DNA from: Macrostomum hystrix
Lineage: Eukaryota; Animalia; Platyhelminthes
Direction: 5' to 3'
DNA length: 64,000 nucleotides
NCBI GenBank assembly: GCA_950097015.1
Contig: CATNEN010000024.1
Coordinates: forward strand, 5,146,001-5,210,000
The position numbers and the translations under genes were made by a program. Numbering within the stretch: position 1 is the first letter of the stretch; each line of letters starts with the position of its first letter. The notes under the pieces are model-generated. The model was not told where the DNA came from. It was given only the letters and a program-made list of their open reading frames with translations, and searched no databases. Shown here piece by piece: positions 45,621 to 58,400 of this stretch.

Positions 45621-45909
45621 ACCAAGAAAGTTACTCAGTCGAGATTACGATGCTTAATTTATTTCAAAAACGTATAAAGTTCAAACAAAAGAAATTTGAA
45701 CTGTTAAATATGACAATACTGGCTGCTAATTTCAGATCTTGATTAATTAAAACCCTTTGTTATTAAAAATAGTCTACTATAAAAGAGAGATATGTCAACG
45801 ATCGAGACGATCTAATTAATCTTAACGAGTTTTTTCTTAACATTTTAATATACTTTAGTAATTTTGGTTCAAATGTAATCTCTCGTTAAATTGACTCACC
45901 AGCTTGTGC

Positions 45910-46210
45910 TTGTAGCCTATTGTGGTTAGAGGACTCGTGACTTAAAGTTCGGTGTTCGATTCCCAACTTTTCTGGAACAATTTGTGTCTTTTAATTAGCA
46001 TAATAATAATACTTCTGCGTTGCTGATAAAGGTACTGCAGCATAAGCTATATAGGGTGATTGGGTGGGTGTGCAGGGGTGTCCCACCAGTCCATGGACTG
46101 AATAGCCGTACTCAGCATTCAGCTAGATGCGCTATATGGGTGTGCATCGCTGGGATATTTGGCTGCACATCTGGTCCGATTAAGTCAGGTGTAATTAAAT
46201 AATTATAATT
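45910..46210 (+). mobile_element. tRNA-headed SINE family A
   Basis: TGTAGCCTATTGTGGTTAGAG...GGTGTTCGATTCCC head; CCAGTCCATGGACTGAATAGCC; GGCTGCACATCTGGTCCGA...GGTGTAAT plus an AT tail. Confidence 0.8.
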
Positions 46211-49200
46211 TTTTTACTATGGCTTACACATTCCTAAATGGGCGGTTTTAGATCGTTTTTGTAATATTCAATTCTGAATAGTGGACGAGAAATTCGCAGA
46301 TATTTCAATTTTGGCTTTGCATTATAGCGTAATATTTTCAACTCTGCGTCTATTTTGCTTTATTTCATCCTTGGAATTAGGATAATAGCGGTAATCAGTG
46401 TGTCTAAATTAAGTATAGGTGTACCTTATAAGAGGCGTGCTGTTTTCCATGGCACACTATAGTTGCAGCATGTGTTTTGCAAAGACTATCCTGTATTGTT
46501 TACCACAACTATAGCTCTTCATCCGCGATAGCATGATAATTGTCTAGCAATTCATGCATGTCTATATATGACAGCTGCAGATAGCAGTTTTTTATAAACA
46601 AGCATTTTCACCTGCTTTATAATGCAAGCAGAAATACTACGAGTATTGCACAAAAACTATAATTATTTGATAAGGAGATGTAACGCAATTTAGTGGCAAT
46701 CAGGCGCGTCTAGCATCAAGAGCATTTAGTACCAAATTCGTTAAAATAATTAAACAGCTGTTGAAAATGTACGATCGTACGTAAGGCTATTATAATATGC
46801 CGACGAAAAGTAAGCACTATGTCCTTTACCCTTTTCGCAGCTAGTAATTGGATGATACATAACGCACGCGTGTTTAGTTACTTTATAAAGGACGTCTACG
46901 CAAGGACCACATAGGAGAGAAGAGTCTACTCCTAGGTGGTCCATGCGTCAGCGTAGTACGTACGTCGAATCTATTTCGAAGGTCTGGCCAATGGGTTCAG
47001 TGTTCAAATCTCAGCGCGAGGATGTTCAGACGTTCAGAATCGATCAGAACAGAAAGCTCAGAAGTTGAACTAATTGAAAAATGCTGAACTGGAATTTAAC
47101 ACAGGAATGATACTATGAAAATAAAATTAATATCAATTTACCTGCACAAAACTAGCTACAGCTAGAAAAATGCTGCACAGTAAGGACCACTAGAGGTGAC
47201 TTCTAGACTCTTTCTACTCTTAGGAGTCCATGATGCTCAGTTTATGGAGCAAAGACTTAATCGCTTTGTCAGAATAATGTAGACTCAGAATGTCAACGTA
47301 ATTTTTGTAAAAAAAGCTAGTTAAACAAAAGTTTTGTAGAAAGAATGCAAAGCTTATTTACAATCAAGAAATTGCATATTATTCTCCCAAAATTTTCGAC
47401 AATTAAGCTTTCTGGCTTTTATATTAGAATTTTCGCTCTTAGCAGTATCAGGACAATGACTCGAAATAATCGATAATTCAATTTACACATTTATCGTTAT
47501 TGACGCGCAAAGCCATCTCAAATAGACCTAACTGACATAAACTATTTCGTTGGTGTGTAAATTATTACTTTTTAAATAGTATTATCAACATACTGCTTAT
47601 TGTTTGCAGCATTCTACAAATTTAAGTAACACTGTTTCGTTTTGTTTTTGTTGCACGTAACGTAGTTATTAAAACTGGAGTTTCCATATTTATTTTTAGT
47701 TCATTGAAAAGCATTATATTGGCATTTATTGTTGGAAAGCACTTTTTTATTTACAATCAGAAGATAAATAGGCAATTTTTAATTAAGTTAACTCAAGTTA
47801 ACTCTAATCTTAATGTTTTATTAGGCCTATATTTAATAATTATATAATTAAATAGCATAGCTTAGTGGTTTTGTTTGTAAGTATAATTCTTGAAATTTTG
47901 CTTCATTATAAATAAAAGTTTAATTCCCTTTTTTACTTAACGAAAATAAATTTGATGCTTGATAAACATTTCCCATAAAAAGTTAACCTGTTTAGATTAT
48001 TAGTAATTTTTTTAAATTTACAAATTTACAAATTTGACTTTGTCTTTGTCTTGTGTTATTGATGAAATTAGATGTAGCTGAAGGAGATGGTCTTGTGGGG
48101 ATACTGAAAATTTTAAGGGTCACTTCCTAAAAACACTTGCTAGCAAAACCAGTTCCACACAAACCTCCTGTAACTCTGGGTGGTTGTTTTTCAAATGTAG
48201 AACATGTCATGAGGCCTATTAGGCTATTTTTTTCAATGGTCCTTTCCCTGACCCTGTGAGATCATCTTTCTGCATTCCTTGCATTCTGCAGATTCACAGA
48301 GTTCAGATATTAAGACAAGTTAAAGCATTCATGTATTATGGTTCTTAATTTATTCACGAGACTGAGAAAGCAGTTAAATATTTAATATATATATATATAG
48401 TTTAATATTAATTTTAATATATCCAAAGTCAACAAATGTGAACTTCTCTTCTAAAGGAAGAAAATGATGCTCTTAAAAATGCAGTCTACCATCTTGCTAC
48501 ATAAACTTTTATTTCTATATATGTTTTTTTAATCTAAGCTTTTTGTTGTTGTTAAACAATAGTTGTGGAAAGTAAGGGGTGGTATTTAAGGTCCCTACCC
48601 TAAACAGTAGTCAAACTTATGTGGAGATGCTAGTGGATAGTTTTCTCTACCTGATATAACAAAGCTGCCAGAGCATAGATGGTAATAAATAACAGTAGGA
48701 GAGGTCTCCCAGCTGTAAGAATTTATAGAAATACAGCTATATATATTTTCTAGCATAAAAATCCAAATCATTCATTTGAAATAGTAAAAATAGTGTATAT
48801 TCAAATTAGATATGCTATTATGGACACATATAATAATTTCTGGCTTTATCTTGAGCACTATTTGTACAGTAAATTTTAGCCTTCGGGTGACTCATTTTCT
48901 TCAAAGTAAAATGGTTTAGCTGCTAATATGTGTTTACATTTATTTAATAATAATTTGTGGTCTCACATAAACTTATGTCCTCAAGAAACAGTCATCTTAA
49001 ATTTTGAATATTTTACTTCGAGTATCTAGTTGTCTATTGGTTGGACTATGCATTAGCTAGCAAATGAAAAATAGTGAAATGATTGCTTAACTTGTGAAAT
49101 CATTTCACATGCAAGATTTACACCTACAATAATTGCCAGTCATCTTTACACACTAAACTATCTAGCAAAGCCTTAGTATACATGGCAATCATATTTCCCC

Positions 49201-49491
49201 CCTAGCAATATAGTTAGAATTATATTTTCTCGCCATAAGCTATTAAAAATTACTTCACCCATTCATCAGAAATACATATAAATTGGAATAATAAACCATC
49301 TGTCGATCAAAAGACATTACCTTTTTACCCCTACCTCAGCTGTGGCAGTCTTTGTCGTCCACCCATTTGTTCTTTATATATATCTACAGCTTTCTTGCCT
49401 CTGTCTGTGTACATCGACTGTTATCATGAAGCTTATTTTAAACTATCGTTTATGCCCTAATCAAGAGTGGGCAATTAAAAATTGCAGCAAG

Positions 49492-52400
49492 ATGCCGTCC
49501 CTACTGAAGAAGTTGCATCTGCCAGCTAAGAAGAAAGAAGAAGTTGTTGGCGAATTTAATTGCCAGGTCAACCTGTTGCATGAAGATAAACCTCTGGAGT
49601 TTAAATTTCACGTGAGTTCAAATTGCTGAGCTATTAGTGTGACAAAAGTATTTGCATCTCACCAACTCTTTATTCCAATCGGCCAGGTGGACACCCTCGG
49701 CGAGGGCGTGTTCGCCAAGGTGTGCGAAGTGATTGGCAATTTGGAGGAGAAAGATTATTTTGGTCTGCGATATCGCAGCGACGATCAGCAAAGGGTAAGC
49801 CATGTCTTTGTTTTCTGGAGATTCTGTACATTCAGAAGTCTTTGTTTAGTCAACACTTGCGTATTGGTTATTTAATATAAACATGTTATAGATAACAATA
49901 TATAGAGAAAAATATATAGACTACACTTAAAATCAAACTGCTCAGCTGTTCCGTCCGTTTCAGTTCAGTCTTTGTTCTTATCTGTGTTCTTTAACTTTAC
50001 CGCAATTAAAACAATTTAATAATTAATGCTAAATCTGCAGAGATGGCTGGATGTTGGCATTCCGGCTTACAAACAGCTGAAGCGTGAGTATACTTGGCAA
50101 CTAATTTTACAATGTTTTCATTTTACTTTGTCCTTTTAATTCGATTATTTCATTCACAATTTGCAGACCTGTCGCCAATTATGGTCACATTCCGAGTCAA
50201 GCACTACCCACCTCACCCCACCGACAACCTGAAGCAGGACTTGTCTAAGTGAGCAGGCATCTCAATTTAGCATTTAGTTTTCGATTACTAACCATTCTAG
50301 ATAGCACAAAAACGCAGCAGTATTAACCGACAATGTCAACTCAGGTACCTACTGTTCTGCCAGCTCAAACGGGACCTACTGCACGGCCGACTGTACAGCA
50401 TCACCTCTAATGATGTCATCCTGCTGGCTGCTTGCATTGTTCAAGGTACAGAAATCTCCCATCACAGTTGGTGGGGATAACTGTGTGAAATCTCCCATCA
50501 CAGTTGGTAGGGATGACTGCAAGAAATCTCCCATCACAGTTGGTGGGGATGACTGTGAGAAATCTCCCATCACAGTTGGTGGGGATGACTGTGAGAAATC
50601 TCCCATCGCAGTTGGTGGGGATGACTGTGAGAAATCTCCCATCACAGTTGGTGGGGATGACTGTGAGAAATCTCCCATCACAGTTGGTGGGGATGACTGT
50701 GAGAAATCTCCCATCGCAGTTGGTAGTTATGACTGTGAGAAATCTCCCATCGCAGTTGGTGGTGATGACTGTGAGAAATCTCCCATCGCAGTTGGTAGGG
50801 ATGACTGTGAGAAATCTTCCATCACAGTTGGTAGGGATGACTGTGAGAAATCTCCCATTACAGTTGGTAGGGATGACTGTGAGAAATTTCCCATCGCAGT
50901 TGGTAGGGATGACTGTGAGAAATCTTCCATCACAGTTGGTAGGGATCACTGTGAGAAATCTCCCATCACAGTTGGTAGGGATGACTGTGAGAAATCTCCC
51001 ATCAAAGTTGGTGGGTATGCATGTCTAGAATGCGTAGCAACTATTTGCCGCCTGTCTCCTTTCCCAATGATCCAGCTGAATTCGGTGACTACGATGAAAT
51101 CGAGAACTACGAGCAGAACGAATACCTTGCCGGCGTCACTCTCATTCACAATCAGACGCCGAAAATTGAGAGCAGAATCTATGAGGAGCACAGAAATTTG
51201 AAGTGAGTTTATTTATTACATTTTCACTTCACCTTGAACTTCACCTTGGCAATCCCAGTTTCTCAATCCTAAATCCGAAGTTGCCAAACCTAAGGTTACC
51301 AAAATCCCATTTAGACAAATCCGCTTATTCTCCAATGTTCCTATTTACAAATAATCCCATTTAGACTAATCCGCTTATTCCCCAATGTTCCTATTTACAA
51401 ATAATCCCATTTAGACTAATCCGCTTATTCCCCAATGTTCCTATTTACAAATAATCCCATTTAGACAAATCCCCTTATTCTCGAATGCTCCAAATTTACA
51501 AATAATCCCATTTAGACAAATGCCCTTATTCTCGAATGCTCCAAATTTACAAATAATCCCATTTGACTGAATCCTTACTGTATGAATTGCTCAACTAAGC
51601 ACGGATGCAAAGTAGCCAGAATGCCAATACTAAGCCACTAATCTCGCAGGGGCAAGACTACTCAGGAGGTGGAGGCCATGTTTCTAAGCAAGGCATTCTC
51701 CTTGGACACCTATGGCATCGACCCGCGACCCGTGCGGGTGAGTGGCTGCTCATTTATTTTTTTTTAACTTAGAATCAAGAAAAGAGCAGAGCTCAAAGCA
51801 CAGTTTTAGGTGAGCAAATATGGACTTAGTCGGTTTAGGGCAGTGCTGACTAACTGACCGCTCGCGATAAGATAAATATCTTATTGGCTAGAGCATGTGC
51901 GAACACTTTATTTACTATTATTATTACAAGTTTTGTACTGTGTTTTACGCTAGATAAAACAAACTATAACAATTACACTAGTAGAAAAAGGCTGATTAAT
52001 GTTTTTTAATTGCTCAATAATCTAGATTAAAGTCATGTGCTTTTACGAGTATCTATTTAGTGTCTGACCCAGTCAATGTGCTAGCACTGTCTTTCTATCT
52101 GTTTTTCTCATTTCTAACGCTAGGGGCGGTGTGTCCACCACACAGCTCGGCATTGCCATTACGTTTGTTGCTTACAAATGAAACTAGCAGATCCGGCCAA
52201 ACCCCAAATTCTTTTCTTTTCTTTTCTATCTCTATTTCCGGCAGTAAAATTTGTGTAAACATTTCATTTATATGCGCGCTAATCTATTGCAAGCAAATAA
52301 TTTTTTTGCAACAAAAATCTGTCATATAGCCTTGGGTGTCTGTCTCACCTTCATTATCACAGCTCATCTCTGTTCCCTCAGGTGTCTGTCTCACCTTCAT

Positions 52401-55400
52401 TGTCCCAGCTCACCTCTGTTCCCTCAGGTGTCTGTCTCACCTTCATTACCCCAGCTCATCTCTGTTCCCTCAGGTGTCTGTCTCACCTTCTTTATCCCAG
52501 CTCATCCCTGTTCCCTCAGGTGTCTCACCTTTATTGTCCCAGCTCACCTCTGTTCCCTCAGGTGTCTGTCTCACCTTCATTACCCCAGCTCATCTCTGTT
52601 CCCTCAGGTGTCTGTCTCACCTTCATTATCCCAGCTTATCTCTGTTCCCTCAGGTGTCTGTCTCACCTTCATTGTCCCAGCTCACAAATGTTCCCTCAGG
52701 TGTCTGTCTCACCTTCATTGTCCCAGCTCACAAATGTTCCCTCAGGTGTCTGTCTCACCTTCATTGTCCCAGCTCACAAATGTTCCCTCAGGTGTCTGTC
52801 TCACCTTCAGTATCCCAGCTCAAATGCCTTGTCTTCGCAAATTAGAGTTGTCAGCAGTTTATAAGTGTCCATAATCCTTGCAGGATCGCAACGGTAACAG
52901 TTTATTTCTGGGCTTGTCGCACAAAGCTGTCGTCACCTTTCACGGAAGTAAACTGACTCACTCGTTTCCATGGTGAGAAAATTCGCATATTTTGAGGAAC
53001 TTGTACTCGCTCGCTAACTGACTTTAATAATGAAATAGCTTTTTTATTAAATTTAGGGAGTCAGTTAACAGCATTCAGTTTAACGATAAGATGCTGCTGC
53101 TGGATGTCAACTTGAGTCACGAGGTGAGCATGACATCTCTTTCGATTACTCTCTTACGAGCGTATCTTTATCAATGCTTAGACTTTTTGTGTGTTAAAAA
53201 TTAACCTTTCGGCGATTGATTGGAGTAATATATATTTACAAATTAGAAATATTCGTTCATTTTTATTTTCGGTTGGTGTCACTATGCAACTATTTAATGT
53301 TTTTTTTAGTTTAGCATAATAGTAGTTTTAGTGGCATACAATATTCATTTATTGCTTCTTAGAAAGCTGAGACCTTTAGGCTGTTCAGTTTTATGAAATT
53401 TTATGCTTCATTTCTTGTTGATAGTACTATTGGGCATTATAGTTTGGTTTTCCGGATTCCTCTGTAGAATTTCAGAGGTTTTTCTCGGATTCCCCTGCAG
53501 AATCTCAGTGGGTTTCCTCGGATTTCCCTGTAGAATTTCAGTGGATTTCCTCGGATTTCCCTGTAGAATTTCAGTGGATTTCCTCGGATTTCCCTGCAGA
53601 ATTTCAGTGGGTTTCCTCGGATTCCCCTCCTTAGATTTTCAGTGGGTTTCCTCGGATTTTCCTGTAGAATTTCTGTGGGTTTCTTCGGATTCCCCTGCAG
53701 AATTTCAGTGGGTTTTCTCGGATTCCTCATTTATAATTTTCGTGGGTTTCCTCGGATTTCCCTGTAGAATTTCAGTGGATTTCCTCGGATTTCCCTGTAG
53801 AATTTCAGTGGATTTCCTCGGATTTCCCTGCAGAATTTCAGTGGGTTTCCTCGGATTCCCCTCCTTAGATTTTCAGTGGGTTTCCTCGGATTTTCCTGTA
53901 GAATTTCTGTGGGTTTCTTCGGATTCCCCTGCAGAATTTCTGTGGGTTTTCTCGGATTCCCCTCTTTAGAATTTCAGTGGGTTTCCTCATATTTCCCTCT
54001 GTAGAATCTCAGTGGATTTCCTCGGATTTACCTGTGGAATTTCAGTGGTTTCCTCGGATTCCCCTCTTATGAATTTCGATGGGTTTTCTCGGATTCCCCT
54101 CTTTAGAATGTCAGTGGGTTTCTTCGGATTTCCCTGCAGAATTTCAGTGGGTTTCCCCGGATTCCCAAGTAAAATACTCGTATAAGTTGGTTTTTCCCGG
54201 ATTCTCCTGTAGAATACCAGTGGGTTTCATCGGATTCCCCTGTAAAATTTCATAAATTTACTTAAAAATGATATCGGCACAGTTTGGAATCTAATTCGAG
54301 CTTCCGCTGTAGTTTGACTCTTAATCTAGAGCTATACAATATAATCTGCTGAATTTTGAGCTGCTAACTATGCACAATATTGTCAAGGCATGTAACAACT
54401 GCTCAAATCTATTGGCTTATCCAATGCTAACACACTTTTAACCTAACCTGTCTTTATCATTCGACTCGCCGTTGACCCCAACTTTTTAACCAGGAATTGA
54501 CCAACTCAACCGATTTCAAATACAAGGTAACCTTCTATTGTTGTGTTTGCATTTTATGCATATTTTATTTTACTAATTGCTCTTTACTGATCCCATTTGA
54601 CTTTGGTCAGAGCATAGTAGAGCAAGCTTCTATGTACATCACTCCCTCTTACTTTGGACCATAGAATGAACAGATTCAGAGCGATTTTCTGAATCAAACC
54701 TCCCGATTCGGGCCATAGACAGTCAGAATTGCTCTCATCTCATCACTCCCTTTACCCCTTTTGGCCATAGACTACTCCCAGAGCTACCAATTTTCTTAAT
54801 CCTCTTTAGACCATAAAATATGCAGACATTGAGCCAATTCCTCCCCATTTTTGCCATAGACTACACAGATAACGAGTCATTGTCCGAATCACTCCCTTCC
54901 ACTTTTGGCCATAGACTACATAGAGAGCGAGCTATCATCCCTGCCTTAGTTCCGCGACATTGCATCGGCAGCGCTACACCCAATGCCCCCTTGATTACTA
55001 GTCTAGCCTGCGCTTAGCAAATTATCAGTGCCGTCTTCCAGCTGTCGTATTTTCAGTTCCATTCTATTAAAGTGTAGAGAGGCATCTGACATGATGGCTT
55101 CTGCTCTGTAATGTTTTTTTTTACTTTGCCTTTTCCATCTGAGGGTTCTTTACCTTTGTGCATTCTTAAAAATCTAAAATAGTTGAGTCCGTGCATTTTC
55201 GCTGCTCTTTTGTATTGTGACGAGGAAATTAATGTCTAAATACAGTTGGTTATCATGAGATTGGCGAGGGTCTGACAGGTACTGGGGAGGGACTTTCGTC
55301 TGCCTCTCGAGCATGCCTGTAATTCTCTTTCTGCCCTGCAAACTCGCCCTTTACTGGCTCTCGTGCAGCGCGACCTTGAATCATTTTCTGTTGTTGTCTG

Positions 55401-58400
55401 TTAGGCGCCGACCGCATACACACGGCTAACTTTCGTCTCCCTATCTGCTGTTCTTCTTAGCTATCTCTGTATCTAGACATTTTCTTCTTTAATAGCTGCT
55501 GCAGCCGCCTCCAGCTGTGTGTGCCCGTTCTTTTCATTCTATTGACGGCTTTGCGTATGCTTGCCATTGCTCTTAGCCGGCTGTCTCAGCCTAAATGAGT
55601 ACTGGCTTGTCTGCCCTACTGCCTCTCCTGTGTCTGCTCTGCTTTGCTTGTTACGCCTTATTACCTCATCTGTTCTCTCTTCCCCTCCCATCCCTCCTTT
55701 GTTCTCACTTCCCCTCCCCTCCCTCCTTTGTTCTCCCTTCCCCTCCCATCCCTCCTTTGCTCTCACTTCCCCTCCCCTCCCTCCTTTGCTCTCACTTCCC
55801 CTCCCATCCCTCCTTTGCTCTCACTTCCCCTCCCCTCCGTCCTTTGTTCTCACTTCCCCTCCCCTCCCTCCTTTGTTCTCTCTTCCCCTCCCATCCCTCC
55901 TTTGCTCTCACTTCCCCTCCCCTCCCTCCTTTGTTCTCACTTCCCCTCCCATCCATCCTTTGTTCTCACTTCCCCTCCCATCCCTCCTTTGTTCTCCCTT
56001 CCCCTCCCATCCCTCCTTTGTTCTCCCTTCCCTCTCCCCTCCCTCCTTTGTTCTCCCTTCCTCTCTCCTCTATTCTTCCTTCCCTCTCTCCTCTGTTCTC
56101 CCTTCCCTCTCCCCTCCCTTCTCTGTTCTCCCTTCCCTCTACCCTCCCTTCTCTATTCTCCCTTCCTCTCCCCTCCCTTCTCTGTTCTCCATTCCCTCTC
56201 CCCTCCCTCCTTTGTTTCCACTTCCCTCTCTAGTATGGCAGATTTATTCTTAAAATTGTCTATTTTCTGTTAAAACGAATATTGTTTCTCGTGTTCTTTT
56301 CCTTTACACTAGTACATTCCAAAGAGAATGCATTCATTGTAATAAGCTTATAGCAATTGTTTTCGATTCATTCTTAATTAGTTCTCAATAAAAATTGTGT
56401 ATCGATGTTTTTCTTTCAGCCGAGATTCAATTTGGCATTCGTCACGGTATGCGGTGCCCTGTCGCTTGCTCTGTTGCTTGAGTCTTTTGTGTTGTTTCGG
56501 TTGCTGTTGTCACTAATTCAATTATTTCCAGACCTTATATTATTCTCTATGCTTAACTTAAGTATAATATTTTACAATTTGCATTCGTATATTTGTTTGC
56601 TGCCCTACTTTAAGTAGTGCGAAAAGGCTATGCGTCGCTAGCTTTAATTTCTGATTGTCTAGAAACTGGAATTGTCTGTTTAGTTATTTCATTTCCTGGA
56701 ATATTTATTAAAGTATGACTGATATGCTGATAGAAATGAAGAAAACTATTTTTCGTTTCCACTATAATGTGTGTATTTCATTTTATTCTTTATTTATTTA
56801 AATTTCCTCATTTTTTAATTTTTTGTCATCTTCTATGTGTTTATATACTGGACATATTTTGTCTTAAGTTTAAAGTTAATATTCTACCGATTCTGCCCCA
56901 ACCAATTCTGCCCCAACCAATTCTGCCCCCTACCCTTCTGCCCCTACCAATTCTGCCCTCACAATTTCTGCCCCAACCAATTCTGCCCCCCTACCCTTCT
57001 GCCCCAACCAATTCTGCCCCCTACCCTTCTGCCCCAACAATTCTGCCCCCTACCCTTCTGCCCCAACCAATTCTGCCCCCCTACCCTTCTGCCCCAAATC
57101 TTCTCCCCCTACCAATTCTGCCCCTAAATCTTCTCCCCCTACCAATTCATTTCATTCATGCCCCTGCTCGTCGTTTTTTCGATTCGATCCCAAACTATAT
57201 ATCTGGCTTCTCCCCTACTCTGTCAGCATGAATATGCAGTGTTATCATTAGCTTATGAGTGTTTAGTTGACCAGCAGTTTCCACTGTAATTGTTCCGATC
57301 GCCCGCCATCCACAGAAGCGCCACCTTCTCGGCTTCAAATGCGAAAGCCGAGCAGCCGCCTCAGCCCTGTGGGCCTGGTCGCTTGAGCAGCAGATGTTCT
57401 ACACGTAAGAGAACTTGGGCCTTGCCTTTGCCTGCTTTTGCAACAGATGTCTGGCTGTCATATTCTCGATAGAGTGGAGATTTGAGTACTATAGATCAAG
57501 TGCGATCTTGAGTACTATCGATGAAAAGGCGGAAATTTTTTAATACTGTCGATAGAGTGAGAATTTGAGTATTATCGACATGGGTTGAGAATTTGAGTAT
57601 TATCGACATATTTTGAGAATTTGAGTATTATCGACATGGGTTGAGAATTTGAGTATTATCGACATGGGTTGAGACTTTGAGTATTATCGAAATGGGTTGA
57701 GAATTTGAGTATTATCGACATGGGTTGAGACTTTGAGTATTATCGACATGGGTTGAGAATTTGAGTATTATCGACATGGGTTGAGACTTTGAGTATTATC
57801 GACATATTTTGAGATTTTGAGTATTATCGACAAATTTTGAGATTTTGAGTATTATCGACATAGGTTGAGATTTTGAGTATTATCGACATAGGTTGAGATT
57901 TTGAGTATTATCGACATGGGTTGAGAATTTGAGTATTATCGACATGGGTTGAGATTTTGAGTATTATCGACATATTTTGAGATTTTGAGTATTATCGACA
58001 TGGGTTAAGAATTTGAGTATTATCGACATGGGTTGAGATTTTGAGTATTATCGACATGGGTTGAGAATTTGAGTATTATCGACATATTTTGAGATTTTGA
58101 GTATTATCGACAAATTTTGAGATTTTGAGTATTATCGACATAGGTTGAGATTTTGAGTATTATCGACATAGGTTGAGATTTTGAGTATTATCGACATGGG
58201 TTGAGAATTTGAGTATTATCGACATGGGTTGAGAATTTGAGTATTATCGAAATGGGTTGAGAATTTGAGTATTATCGACATGGGTTGAGAATTTGAGTAT
58301 TATCGAAATGGGTTGAGAATTTGAGTATTATCGACATGGGTTGAGACTTTGAGTATTATCGACATATTTTGAGATTTTGAGTATTATCGACAAATTTTGA

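Noticed and set aside
56405-56617. Hydrophobic 70-aa ORF after a TTTCAG acceptor (LALLLES), reminiscent of a FRMD3/5 transmembrane tail
   Set aside because: It lies before the exon that completes FERM lobe C, so use would truncate the domain. AT/T-rich intron sequence readily gives hydrophobic ORFs. Needs RNA evidence.
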